64,000 nucleotides of DNA, from contig CAWCEV010000007.1 of NCBI GenBank assembly GCA_963794655.1, positions 15,708 through 79,707 of the forward strand. Direction: 5' to 3'. Made by a program: the position numbers and the translations under genes. Shown here piece by piece: positions 37,325 to 47,744 of this stretch (position 1 is the first letter of the stretch; every line of letters starts with the position of its first letter). The notes under the pieces are model-generated. The model ran no database searches. It was given only the letters and a program-made list of their open reading frames with translations, and was not told the DNA's origin. The DNA is from an uncultured Alphaproteobacteria bacterium (GTDB lineage Bacteria; Pseudomonadota; Alphaproteobacteria; Rhizobiales; Beijerinckiaceae).

Positions 37325-37696
37325 CTACAAGCGAAAAAACGATCTCGAAACCGCGCTAATGACACGCGCTTCCTGCGTCGGCCTCGACCGGCCCACCGCT
37401 CTAACAACCTCAACTTCGCATCTCTGACAGATGTCGAGAACCGCGGGCGACGGCAGCCGATCAGCAATGAAGATGTCGATCTCGGACAAATGCGCGATCC
37501 GAGCCGGGGCCGCACGCGAAAAACTGCTGCTGTCCGCGACCAGCAGGACATCCTTAATCCTGTCGATCAACGCCGAATACGAATTCGAAGACCGGCCGGT
37601 TAGGATTCCCTTGGTTAGGCAGGCGCGCGCTCGTAGCTCCGCGCAGTCGACGCGGGCCAGCAGATGAGTTCGTGCCGACATTGAGGGGGCCGTCAA
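37325..37696 (-). pseudogene. DeoR/GlpR-family regulator, C-terminal sensor fragment only
   Basis: ...IDRIKDVLLVADSSSFSRAAPARIAHLSEIDIFIADRLPSPAVLDICQRCEVEV resembles the DeoR C-terminal domain. The N-terminal HTH half is missing. Confidence 0.6.
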
Positions 37697-37878
37697 TCCA
37701 GTGCTATGTTACCGACCATGGCACGAAGGTAAGGTGAGAAGCGCCCTGGATGCGACTTCAGGTCAAGTCGACGCCCCGCTTGTCCAGCTCCCAAATGATG
37801 CAGCCGCGGACTTCGCGCGCGCGGACCAATCATTGTCTTTCAATCGAGGCCCGTTCGCCGCGTTTCGGTCGGTCGGGA

Positions 37879-38892
37879 ATGCATCTTGTGGCCGCACTCG
37901 CGCTGCTGACCTGGGCCCACGCAGAGGCCGGAGAGCCGACCTCCCTGGGCGGGGCAGCCGCCGCGAGCGGGCGCTACTTCGGCGCCGCCATTGATCCGGA
38001 CGCTCTCGAAGAACAGCGATATCGCGATCTGGCGGCGGCGCAACTGACATCCGTAACGCCCGAAAACGCGATGAAATGGGGCTCAGTCGAGCCTCAGCGC
38101 GGGGAGTATGACTGGCGCGAGGCGGATGCGCTCGTCACTTTCGCCAAGGCGCACGCGCAAAAGGTGCGAGGCCATACGCTCGTGTGGCACTCCCAGTTGC
38201 CGTTGTGGCTGATCAACGGCGGCTTTTCATCAGACGAACTCAAGGAACTGATGGTCGCCCATATCACCGCCGAGGCTGGCCGCTACCGAGGAGCGATCTA
38301 CGCCTGGGATGTCGTCAATGAGCCATTCACCGACAATGGCCAGTGGCGAAGGTCTATATTCTTCGACGCCATGGGTCCCGGCTATGTTGCGACCGCGCTC
38401 AGAGCCGCTCGCGCCGCCGACCCCGACGCCAAGCTCTACATCAATGACTATAATATCGAGACGAATGGGCCGAAGATGCAGGCGCTCTACGATCTTGTCG
38501 CCTCGCTCAAGCGCGACGGCGTCCCGATCGACGGCGTCGGCCTCCAGTCGCATTTTGTCAGCGGGGAGGCGCCGGCGGACTTCCGCGCGGTCCTGCAAAA
38601 GTTCGCCGCGCTCGGCGTCGACGTCGCGGTCACGGAACTCGACCTCCGCCTTCGGCTGCCTGCCGATGCCAGTGAGCTGGCGACGCAAGCCGCCGACTAT
38701 GCCTCGATCGTCGCCGCTTGCCGCTCGACGCCTCGCTGCGTCGGCGTCACGACCTGGGGCATAACCGACGACCGCTCGTGGGTTCCATCGTTCTTTTCCG
38801 GCTATGGCGCAGCGCTGCCGTTCGACGAGAACTATCGACCGAAACCGGCGGCGGAGGCGATCGTCGACGCCTTCGCCAGGCAAGCGCCCTGA
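37879..38892 (+). CDS. endo-1,4-beta-xylanase, glycoside hydrolase family 10
   Basis: Signal peptide MHLVAALALLTWAHA, then ...TPENAMKWGSVEPQRGEYDW...GHTLVWHSQLPLW...AWDVVNEPF...INDYNIE...VAVTELDL. Confidence 0.88.
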   Translation: MHLVAALALLTWAHAEAGEPTSLGGAAAASGRYFGAAIDPDALEEQRYRDLAAAQLTSVTPENAMKWGSVEPQRGEYDWREADALVTFAKAHAQKVRGHTLVWHSQLPLWLINGGFSSDELKELMVAHITAEAGRYRGAIYAWDVVNEPFTDNGQWRRSIFFDAMGPGYVATALRAARAADPDAKLYINDYNIETNGPKMQALYDLVASLKRDGVPIDGVGLQSHFVSGEAPADFRAVLQKFAALGVDVAVTELDLRLRLPADASELATQAADYASIVAACRSTPRCVGVTTWGITDDRSWVPSFFSGYGAALPFDENYRPKPAAEAIVDAFARQAP

Positions 38893-38911
38893 GGCGATCG
38901 CTCGCTCAGCG

Positions 38912-39781
38912 TCAAGCTTTGACCGCGCCGGCGGTGAGGCCGGCTACGATATAGCGCTGCGCCATGAGGAACATGATGATCGCCGGGAGGATGGTGAGCG
39001 TGATGAAGGCCAGTACGAGTTGCCACGAGGTTACGTACTGCCCCTGGTAGGCCATGAGGCCTAGCGTCCAAGGATAGCGCGACTCGCTATCGAGGACGAT
39101 GAGGGGCAGCAGATAACCGTTCCAGCTGCCGACAAAGGCGATAACCGCGACAGTGGACAGGATCGGCCCGGATAGCGGCAGGGTGATGTAGAAGAAATAT
39201 CGGAAGTACCCGCATCCATCCATCATCGCGGCGTCGAGCAGCTCCGTCGGCAATTGCTTGAACGCGTTGCGGATGAGCAGCACGCTCATCGCCAGCGAGA
39301 AAGCGACCTGCGGCAGGATGATCCCCCAGTACGAATTGAGCAGGCCGAGATCGCGGATCTTTATGAAGAGCGGTACGATCGCCGTCGCTAGCGGGAACAG
39401 CAATCCGAGTTGAATGTATGCCATGAGGAATTTGTCGCCGAAGAAGCGCAGATGCGCGAGGGCGAAGGCAGCCATCGAGGAAACGATAAGCGTAAGCGCA
39501 ACGGTGAAGAGGGCAATCAAAAGGGAATTCCCGAGCACCTGCCAATAGCGGTAGCCGGTCAGGATGCTCCAGTAGTTGCTCCACACCCAGACATGCGGCA
39601 GGCCGAATGGATTGGTGCGCAATTCGCTCAGGTCTTTGAAGCCATTGAGCGCGGTGGCGAGAACCGGAAAGAGCACGAGCCCGGCGAGCACGACCAGCGC
39701 CCCGAACGTGACGATTGCGGCGAGCCCGCCAGGGCGGCGCCCTGAGGCTGCAGGGCGAACGGCGTCGGCGGCCTCAGTCAT
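38912..39781 (-). CDS. carbohydrate ABC transporter permease (CUT1)
   Basis: ...AFKQLPTELLDAAMMDGCGYFRYFFYITLPLSGPIL... Confidence 0.9.
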   Translation of the reverse strand: MTEAADAVRPAASGRRPGGLAAIVTFGALVVLAGLVLFPVLATALNGFKDLSELRTNPFGLPHVWVWSNYWSILTGYRYWQVLGNSLLIALFTVALTLIVSSMAAFALAHLRFFGDKFLMAYIQLGLLFPLATAIVPLFIKIRDLGLLNSYWGIILPQVAFSLAMSVLLIRNAFKQLPTELLDAAMMDGCGYFRYFFYITLPLSGPILSTVAVIAFVGSWNGYLLPLIVLDSESRYPWTLGLMAYQGQYVTSWQLVLAFITLTILPAIIMFLMAQRYIVAGLTAGAVKA

Positions 39782-40706
39782 CGCGCATCACGAGCCGTTG
39801 GTAGCCGAAGGCGAAGGTTACGCAAATGATGAAAAGCACCACGCCGACCGCGGAGCTGAAGCCGATCCGCATCCGGGTCAGACCGAAGAAGTAGAGGAAC
39901 GAAACCATCGTATTGGTGGTCTCGAACGGTCCGCCGCCGGTCAAGGGTACAATGATGTCGAACAGCTGAAGCGCGCCGATGACGGAAAAGAAGATCGAGA
40001 GCCGGATCATCGGTCCGAGCAGCGGCAGCGTGATGTGCCAGAAGCGCTGGAAAGGCGTCGCGCCGTCCATTTCCGCCGCCTCGAGCAGCGCGCCGTCGAT
40101 CCCCTGCAGCCCGGCGATGTAGAGCATCATGTGGAAGCCGAAATACTTCCACAGGATGACGATCAGGACCGCGGAGAAGGCCCAGGTCTTGTCGGCAAGC
40201 AGGAAATAGGGCGGCGCTCCAAGGGCCGTCGTCACCGCGCCCGCAAGACCATAATCGCCGTCAAACATGAAGTGCCAGATGAGGCCCGCAGCAACGTCCG
40301 CCAGCACATAGGGCAGAAAAAAGATCATCCGGAACCAGACCGCGCCGACGACACGACCGGCCACCATCACGGCCACAGCGAGCGCCAGCGGCAGCTGGAT
40401 CAGGAGGGAGAAGACGATGATGATCGCGTTGTTGATCAGCGACCGGGTGAAGGTCGGATTGCCGAATAGATAGCCGTAGTTCTTAAGGCCAATGAATTTT
40501 TCCGGGCGCCCGTAGCCGTTCCAGTTGAAGAACCCGTACCAGCCGGCCTCCACAATCGGCAGAAAGACAAAGATCGTAAATAGGAGAAGCGCCGGTGGCA
40601 GAAAGACGACCACGACGGCCCAGCCGTTCATGCTCATCCGTCGGGCCGGCTCGGCGTAGGCTGGCGCGGCAGTCGGTGGGGCTTCTACGTAAGTCGTGGC
40701 GGCCAA
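39774..40706 (-). CDS. sugar ABC transporter permease (CUT1)
   Basis: ...IAGLQGIDGALLEAAEMDGATPFQRFWHITLPLLGPMI...; 8-nt overlap with the downstream permease gene. Confidence 0.9.
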   Translation of the reverse strand: MAATTYVEAPPTAAPAYAEPARRMSMNGWAVVVVFLPPALLLFTIFVFLPIVEAGWYGFFNWNGYGRPEKFIGLKNYGYLFGNPTFTRSLINNAIIIVFSLLIQLPLALAVAVMVAGRVVGAVWFRMIFFLPYVLADVAAGLIWHFMFDGDYGLAGAVTTALGAPPYFLLADKTWAFSAVLIVILWKYFGFHMMLYIAGLQGIDGALLEAAEMDGATPFQRFWHITLPLLGPMIRLSIFFSVIGALQLFDIIVPLTGGGPFETTNTMVSFLYFFGLTRMRIGFSSAVGVVLFIICVTFAFGYQRLVMRDD

Positions 40707-40793
40707 GAAAACGAGCCTCCGGTCACGTCACGCGCTGTCGGCCTCGCCCTGATAACAAGGCGAGGCCGGGAGTCTGACCGCTCTGCAGATGCC

Positions 40794-42050
40794 TTACTGC
40801 TGGTCGGCGGCTTCCTGGATCGCGGCTGCGGCCGCTTCCGGTGTCATCTGGCCAGCCGCCACCGCAACGGAAACGTCGTTGATAACGCGGCCGACCGACG
40901 GGCCGAGATCCTGATCGAAGTAGTTCTGATGGTAGGTCGTCTTGGAGAGATCGTCAGCAAGACGCTTGAACAGCGGATCGGTGAAGGAGGCTTCCGCGCC
41001 TTTGACGACCGGAATATAGGCTGCTTTGGCGGCCGCTTCCTTCGCATACTTCTCCTGGCTGAAGAATTTGAGGAAATCGAGCGCCTCGGGCGGGGCGGAC
41101 TTGCTCACCAGCCAGCCATTGATGCCGCCAAGCGTATCGGTCGCCTTGCCCTTGCCGCCCTCAACGACCGGGAACGAGAGGATACCGATGTCCTCAGGCG
41201 GAAGGCCCTTGCCGTTGGTCGCGTTCGGCCCCTGCATGCCGAGCAGCCATTGGCCCATAAGGTCCATCGCCCCCTTGCCGTCGCCGAACATGCCAGAGGA
41301 TTGGGCGTGCGAGGTCGATAGATAGCCGGGCTGGAACGGCTCGAGCGCGGCGAGCTCGTGCAGCCGCTTCCCGGCTTCGACGAAGGTCGCGTTCTTGAAT
41401 CCGCCGTCCTTGCCGGCCTTCGCGTCGGCGAGCGCGTGCTCGCCGCCGATGCGCATGACGAGATAGGAATAATAGAAATGCATCGGCCACTTTTCGCCGG
41501 CGCCGACTACGAGCGGCGTGATCCCGGCAGCTTTGAGCTTCTTCACCGCGCCGAGAAAATCATCCCAGGATTTGATGTCCTCAGCCTTCACACCCGCTTT
41601 ATCGAACAGCTTCTTGTTGTAATAGAACGCAACCTCGCCGACCTCGAACGGTACGCCGACGACCTTGCCGTCGACCTTGAACGCATCGACGGCGGTTGGG
41701 GAGAGTTCCGACTCCCACGAGGCGACGTCCTTTGTAATGTCTTTCAGGAACCCGGCCTTGTCTTGCGCCTGCATGACGCCGCCGCCCCAGCTGTAGAAAA
41801 GCTCCGGACGCAACTCGTCGGCCTGCAGCATGGTCGGTAGCTTCGCCTTGAAGGCCTCGTTCTCCAGATACTTGAACTGGACGGTAACGCCCGGATGCGC
41901 TGCGTTGTAATCGCTCGCAATCTGGTCCCAGATCGCTTTCTGGGCTGCGTTGTCGCTCACATGGAGAACGGTAACGTGGGTATCCGCGTAAGCAGGCGCC
42001 ATCAGCGCAGCTAGGCACCCCGCGGCAAAGGCAAATTGACGAAAATTCAT
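40794..42050 (-). CDS. sugar ABC transporter substrate-binding protein
   Basis: Signal peptide MNFRQFAFAAGCLAALMAPAYA; family-1 solute-binding pattern. Confidence 0.9.
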   Translation of the reverse strand: MNFRQFAFAAGCLAALMAPAYADTHVTVLHVSDNAAQKAIWDQIASDYNAAHPGVTVQFKYLENEAFKAKLPTMLQADELRPELFYSWGGGVMQAQDKAGFLKDITKDVASWESELSPTAVDAFKVDGKVVGVPFEVGEVAFYYNKKLFDKAGVKAEDIKSWDDFLGAVKKLKAAGITPLVVGAGEKWPMHFYYSYLVMRIGGEHALADAKAGKDGGFKNATFVEAGKRLHELAALEPFQPGYLSTSHAQSSGMFGDGKGAMDLMGQWLLGMQGPNATNGKGLPPEDIGILSFPVVEGGKGKATDTLGGINGWLVSKSAPPEALDFLKFFSQEKYAKEAAAKAAYIPVVKGAEASFTDPLFKRLADDLSKTTYHQNYFDQDLGPSVGRVINDVSVAVAAGQMTPEAAAAAIQEAADQQ

Positions 42051-42252
42051 GGATTTCCTCCGGAGGACAGTCTCGGCGGCGTTCTTTTGTCCGCGATGCG
42101 GATAAAATCTGTCCCGAGTTCACTCAGGTGTCAAGACAACCAACGAGAAATAGGCAAAAAATGCGGGCCGGGCGATTGACAGCTTGTCGTAGAATGGAAA
42201 ATAATTCCGCCTCCCGTAGAAAAAATGCGCCTTTAGCGGAAACGTCCGAGCG

Positions 42253-43497
42253 ATGAAGACCGCCGATCCTGAATTGATGCGCGCGATCAATCGCTTTCAC
42301 GTGATGGACGCGGTCCGGCGCTTCGGCCCGGTGTCACGGGTCGAGATCTGCCAATTGACCGATCTCAGCGCCACAACCGTCTCGGCCATCACCGCGGCCC
42401 TCCTAGACGACCGCCTCATCGTCCCGCTTCAGGTCGGGGCGGTGCGGGACGCGGGACGCGGCCGGCCCAGGGTCATGCTCAAGCTCAATCCGGGGGCGGC
42501 TCATGTCGTGGGGGTCAAGCTCGCGCCCGACCAGATTACGATCGCTGTGACCAATTTTTGCGCCGACGTTCTGCGCTCGCTCTCGTTGCCGGTCCGGATC
42601 GATCGGCAGAAGGCCTCGGTCATTGCCGATCTGGTCGAGGATGGCGTCCGCCGGTGCGTAAGTGACGCTGGTCTCGAAATCGCGGACATCTCTGGCGTCT
42701 GCGTCGGCTTCCCGGGCGTGGTCGAGCGGGCGGCGGGCGTTTGCCGCCAGAGCCCGATCCTCCAGGAGCGCGATGTCCCCTTCGGCGCCGACCTCACCCA
42801 ACGCCTTGGGGTGCCCGCCTCGATCGACAGCGACGTCAATCTGGTGACCCTGGCCGAGCACTGGTTTGGGCAGGCGCGCGATCTCAACGATTTCCTTGTC
42901 GTCAATGTCGAGCGCAGCCTGGGCCTCGGCATCCTCCACAACGGCGAATTGTTTCGCGGCGCGAACGGCCTCAGTCCCGACCTCGGCGATCTCATGGTTC
43001 GCCCGCCTGGTAGTGGCGGCGGCGGGCGCCTCGCGGACGTTGCATCTGAGGACTCGGTGCTGATCGAAGCCGAAGCGCTCATGGGCGAGCGCGAGCCGGA
43101 GGGGGCGCCGCACGCCGGACGGGCGATGGCGCTTTTTCTGCAGCGCGCAGCCGCAGGCGACAAGCGCTGCGCGCGCGTGCTCGCCGCGGCCGGCGAGGCC
43201 CTCGGTTTCGCGGTCGCCAATCTGATTACCCTGTTCGCGCCGCCCAAGGTCATCATTTCCGGGCGCGCCATGGCGACCAGCGACCATTTCATCGAACCTT
43301 TACGCAAGACGGTCGCTCATCTCCTGCCCGCGAGTCTCGCCGATGTCTCCGATATCATCGTTCGCGAATGGAGCGACGGAAACTGGCTGCAGGGCGCGGC
43401 CGCGATGACGCTTCGCGATCTCTACGGCGCGCCCTGGGGCACAACCGGCCCAGCGCCAATTCGCGAAGCCCTTCAGCCTCAGATCGGAGAGATGTGA
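42253..43497 (+). CDS. ROK-family transcriptional regulator
   Basis: N-terminal wHTH (NRFHVMDAVRRFGPVSRVEICQLTDLSATTVSAITAALLDD) followed by a ROK sugar-kinase-like domain. Confidence 0.88.
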   Translation: MKTADPELMRAINRFHVMDAVRRFGPVSRVEICQLTDLSATTVSAITAALLDDRLIVPLQVGAVRDAGRGRPRVMLKLNPGAAHVVGVKLAPDQITIAVTNFCADVLRSLSLPVRIDRQKASVIADLVEDGVRRCVSDAGLEIADISGVCVGFPGVVERAAGVCRQSPILQERDVPFGADLTQRLGVPASIDSDVNLVTLAEHWFGQARDLNDFLVVNVERSLGLGILHNGELFRGANGLSPDLGDLMVRPPGSGGGGRLADVASEDSVLIEAEALMGEREPEGAPHAGRAMALFLQRAAAGDKRCARVLAAAGEALGFAVANLITLFAPPKVIISGRAMATSDHFIEPLRKTVAHLLPASLADVSDIIVREWSDGNWLQGAAAMTLRDLYGAPWGTTGPAPIREALQPQIGEM

Positions 43498-44594
43498 TGA
43501 AGCCGGTTGGCGTCGGGGTAATCGGCTGCGGCAACATCAGCGCCGCCTATCTGACGGCTGCAAAAAAGTTCCCGATCCTCAACCTCGTGGCGCTGGCGGA
43601 CGCCAATCCCGCCGCCGCCGAGGCGCGAGGCGCCGAATTTGGGCTTCCTGCACGCCCGGTCGATGCGCTATTCGCCGACCCGGCGGTCGAGATCATCCTC
43701 AACCTTACGGTCCCCAAAGTCCATGTCGAGGTCGGCCTCAAGGCGATCGCCGCCGGCAAGCACGTCCACTCGGAAAAGCCGCTCGGCGTCGCCATCGCCG
43801 AGGCCCGCACGCTGATCGACGCCGCCGCCGCGAAGGGGCTCAGGATCGGCTGCGCGCCGGACACGTTTCTCGGCGGCGCCCATCAGACCGCGCGCCGCGC
43901 CGTCGACGAAGGGTTGATCGGACGGCCGATCGGTGGAACGGCGTTCTTCATGTGCCCGGGCCATGAGCGCTGGCATCCGAACCCGGGCTTCTATTACCTT
44001 GCAGGCGGCGGCCCGATGCTCGACATGGGCCCCTACTATCTCACCGACCTTGTGAATCTGCTCGGCCCGGTGGCGGGCGTCAGCGGCGTTGCGACCCGCA
44101 CCAGGTCCGAGCGCCTCGTCACCAGCAAGCCGCTTGCAGGAACCCGCGTTCCCGTCGAGGTGGCGACGCACGTCACGGGGACGCTGACTTTCGCGAGCGG
44201 AGCGGCGGTCTCGATCACAATGAGCTTCGACGTCTCGCGCCACCGGCACGGACCGATTGAGCTCTATGGCGAGGCGGGCTCGCTCATCGTTCCCGACCCG
44301 AACTATTTCGGCGGCAAGGTCGAGTTCGCGACCGCCTCCGACGACTGGCGCGAAATTCCCACCGAGGGCCCGTATTCGGACGGTAACTACCGCATCGTTG
44401 GCCTCGCGGACATGGCGCAGGCAATTCGCTCCGGCCGGCCGCACCGCGCCAGCGGCGAGCTCGCGTTTCATGTGCTCGAGGTGATGGAGGCGTTCCAGAA
44501 GTCGTCGGACAGCGGCAAGTCGACGCAGATCTCAAGCCGGCCGCCGCGGCCGGCGCCCTTGCCGCCCACGCTCCACGTCGGCGAACTCGACTGA
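43497..44594 (+). CDS. Gfo/Idh/MocA-family oxidoreductase
   Basis: MKPVGVGVIGCGNISAAYLTAAKKFPILNLVALADANP... Rossmann N-terminus; the start overlaps the ROK stop (TGATG). Confidence 0.88.
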   Translation: MKPVGVGVIGCGNISAAYLTAAKKFPILNLVALADANPAAAEARGAEFGLPARPVDALFADPAVEIILNLTVPKVHVEVGLKAIAAGKHVHSEKPLGVAIAEARTLIDAAAAKGLRIGCAPDTFLGGAHQTARRAVDEGLIGRPIGGTAFFMCPGHERWHPNPGFYYLAGGGPMLDMGPYYLTDLVNLLGPVAGVSGVATRTRSERLVTSKPLAGTRVPVEVATHVTGTLTFASGAAVSITMSFDVSRHRHGPIELYGEAGSLIVPDPNYFGGKVEFATASDDWREIPTEGPYSDGNYRIVGLADMAQAIRSGRPHRASGELAFHVLEVMEAFQKSSDSGKSTQISSRPPRPAPLPPTLHVGELD

Positions 44595-44620
44595 ATATAG
44601 GATCTTGAACGGAGGAACCG

Positions 44621-45262
44621 ATGCGGGAAGCGCTCATCGTCTGGGGCGGATGGAGCGGTCATGAGCCCGAGCAGGGGGCGCATGTCGTCGCCAAGATGCT
44701 CGAGGATCATGACTTCAAAGTCTATATCGAAAACACCACCGAGGCGTTCGCCGATCCGGCGATCGCGGATATGAGTCTTGTCGTGCCGATCGTCACGATG
44801 TCGAAGATCGAAAAGGAAGAAGTCGAGAACCTGACTGCCGCCGTGCGCGGCGGCGTTGGGCTCGCAGGCTATCATGGCTGCATGTGCGACGCTTTCCGCG
44901 ACAGCGTCGACTACCAGTTCATGTGCGGCGGCCAGTGGGTCGCCCACCCCGGCAACGTCATCGACTACCAGGTCGACGTCACCAGACCCGACGATCCGAT
45001 CATGCGCGGAATCTCGAGCTTTCCCTACCGGTCCGAGCAATATTACATGCACGTCGATCCGTCGAACGAGGTGCTGGCGACGACCACCTTCTCCGGCGAG
45101 CACGCCCCCTGGACCAAGGGCGTGGTGATGCCGGTTGTCTGGAAGCGCCGCCACGGCGAAGGGCGCGTGTTCTACTCATCCCTCGGCCATGTAACCGCCG
45201 AATTCGGCGTGCCGCAGATGAAGAGCATTCTGGAGCGCGGCATGCTCTGGGCCGCGCGCTGA
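44621..45262 (+). CDS. ThuA-domain protein
   Basis: MREALIVWGGWSGHEPEQGAHVVAKMLEDHDFKV...GRVFYSSLGH... Confidence 0.8.
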   Translation: MREALIVWGGWSGHEPEQGAHVVAKMLEDHDFKVYIENTTEAFADPAIADMSLVVPIVTMSKIEKEEVENLTAAVRGGVGLAGYHGCMCDAFRDSVDYQFMCGGQWVAHPGNVIDYQVDVTRPDDPIMRGISSFPYRSEQYYMHVDPSNEVLATTTFSGEHAPWTKGVVMPVVWKRRHGEGRVFYSSLGHVTAEFGVPQMKSILERGMLWAAR

Positions 45263-45271
45263 AGCGCCCCG

Positions 45272-46916
45272 TTGAGCATGATCCGAAACCCGATCCTGCC
45301 GGGGTTCAATCCCGATCCGTCGATTTGCCGGGTCGGCGACGATTATTACATCGCCACCTCGACCTTCGAATGGTTTCCCGGTGTGCAGATCCATCACTCG
45401 CGGGACCTCGTCAATTGGCGCCTCATGCGGCGGCCCCTCGAACGGGCCTCACAGCTCGACATGCGCGGTGAGCCGGACTCCTGCGGCGTCTGGGCGCCGT
45501 GTCTCTCCCACGCCGACGGCAAGTTCTGGCTCGTCTATACCGACGTCAAGCGCTTCGATGGCGACTTCAAGGACGCCCACAACTACATCGTCAACGCGCC
45601 GACGATCGAAGCTCCGTGGTCGGACCCTGTCTATGTCAACTCAAGCGGATTTGATCCGTCGCTGTTTCATGACGACGATGGGCGCAAGTGGTTCCTCAAC
45701 ATGGTCTGGAACCATCGCGGTCCCGCGGGCGCCCATCTCAAGCACCCGAGCTTTTTTGGCATCGCGCTGCAGGAATGGGACGCAGCCGCCGGCCGGCTCA
45801 TCGGATCGCCGAGAAATATCTTCGCTGGCAGCCAGCACGGCCTTGTCGAAGGCCCGCATCTCTTCAAGCGCGCCGGATGGTATTATTTGACAGTCGCCGA
45901 AGGCGGGACCGGGTACGATCACGCCGTTACAATGGCGCGCTCGCGCAAGATCGACGGCCCATACGAGCTGAACTCCAAGCACCCATCTCCTGACCTCCAA
46001 GAACGCGCCCGATGCCGCCTTGCAGCGCGCGGGTCATGGACAGATCGTCGAGACACCGGACGGGCAGGTCTATCACACCCACCTCTGCTCGAGGCCGCTC
46101 AGCGGAGTGAGGCGCTCGCCGCTCGGCCGGGAGACCGCGATTCAGAAATGTGTCTGGGGCGAGGATGGCTGGCTGCGCCTCGCGAATGGCGGCCAGATTC
46201 CCGCGGTCGAGGTTCCCTCGCCGTTCGACGCTCCGTTCAAGCCGAAGCCCGCGCGTCAGACCTATTTGTTCTCCCCTGACGCCGGATTGCCGCTCGACTT
46301 CCAATGGCTCAGGAGTCCGACGCCTGAGCGTATATTCTCGCTTTCCGCGAGACCCGGCTGGCTGCGTCTCTATGCGCGCAAGTCGATCGGCTCCTGGTTC
46401 GAACAGGCGCTCGTTGCGCGGCGCCAGGAGCATTTCGTCTACCGCGCGGAGACGGAGCTTGATTTCCAACCGCGCGTATTTCAGCACGCAGCCGGCCTGA
46501 CTGCCTATTACAACCGCACGAAATTCCACTGCCTGGCGGTCGGCTGGGACGAGGAGCTGGGACGGTCGCTCACAATCATGAGCTGCGCCGGCGATTATCC
46601 GGAGGGACGGCTGAGCTTCCCGCTCAATGCGCCGATGCGGCTCGCCGGCGACGGGCCGGTTCGCCTCGCTGCGTCGGTCAATCACGCCAGCCTGCAATTC
46701 GCCTACGCGCTTGATGGCGGCGAATGGACACCGGTCGGCCCTGTCCTCGACGCCTCTCTGGTGTCTGACGAAGCGGGCGGCGGCGAGCATCGCTCGTTCA
46801 CCGGGGCTTTTGTCGGCATGTTCGCGTTCGGCGTCGCGGGCGGAGAGATATCCGCCGATTTCAGGTATTTCGGCTACGAAACTTCGGCCGAGGGACAATC
46901 GATTACGCCGCGATAG
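45272..46916 (+). pseudogene. GH43 beta-xylosidase/alpha-L-arabinofuranosidase, one +1 frameshift
   Basis: [47 protein letters not shown]... runs to ...[12 protein letters not shown]. An extra nt near 45986 follows, and the gene continues [30 protein letters not shown]... in track ORF 46020..46916. 1645 nt = 3n+1. Confidence 0.85.
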
Positions 46917-47718
46917 GCTCCTCGTAAGTCGTTACCTCGAAGCGCTTCAAAAGCGGCTGACCGAACGCGGTCGAGATCGCGACGTCGGCGGCGTCGCGGC
47001 CGCGCGCCATCACGATGCGCCCGATGCGCGGCGCGTTGTGGCGTGCGTCGAACGTATACCAGCGTCCGTTGAGAAAGACCTCGAACCAGGCGGAGAAATC
47101 CATCGGCGCCGGATCTGGCGGCACGCCGATGTCGCCCAGATAGCCTGTGCAGTAGCGCGCCGGCACGTTCATCGCCCGGCAGAGCGCGGCGGCGAGATGG
47201 GCGAAGTCGCGGCAGACGCCGATCCCCTCGCGAAACCCGTCCGACGCCGTGCGGCGCGGGTTGGCCGCGGCGTAGTCGAAGCGGATGCGCGAATTGACGA
47301 AGTCGCAGATCGCCTGCACGAGCTTCGCCCCGCCGCCGATCCCCCCGAACTGTGACCAGGCGAAATCGCTCAGATTGTCGCTGTCGCAATAGCGGCTCGC
47401 GAGCAAATAGACGAGCACCTCGCTCGGCAACTTGGCGACCGGGGTCAGCGGCGCGTCCTCGGGCGTCTCGTCGGGCGACCCGCTGTCGCGGATGGTGAAA
47501 TCATTGCGGAAGGTCACTAGGCCGGGCTGCGCTTCGACCCGGGTGACCCGGTTGCCGAACAGATCGAGATAGTCTTCGGTCGGATATTGCGGCTCCGTTC
47601 GCACCACGTCCGGCGAGAGGAGATCGCCGGCGCGCGAGGGATGGATGTTGAGGTGCAAGATCATCGGCGTCACAGCGGCGCATTCGAAGCCGATCGCATA
47701 TCCCGCGCGGATGATCAT
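46903..47718 (-). CDS. transglutaminase-like family protein
   Basis: Paralogue of 3878..4711 (MIIRAGYAIGFEC...GIGVCRDFAHLAAALCRAMNVPARYCTGYLGDIG...). Confidence 0.85.
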   Translation of the reverse strand: MIIRAGYAIGFECAAVTPMILHLNIHPSRAGDLLSPDVVRTEPQYPTEDYLDLFGNRVTRVEAQPGLVTFRNDFTIRDSGSPDETPEDAPLTPVAKLPSEVLVYLLASRYCDSDNLSDFAWSQFGGIGGGAKLVQAICDFVNSRIRFDYAAANPRRTASDGFREGIGVCRDFAHLAAALCRAMNVPARYCTGYLGDIGVPPDPAPMDFSAWFEVFLNGRWYTFDARHNAPRIGRIVMARGRDAADVAISTAFGQPLLKRFEVTTYEEPIAA

Positions 47719-47744
47719 ATCTAAAAACCCCTGATGTTTCGGCC

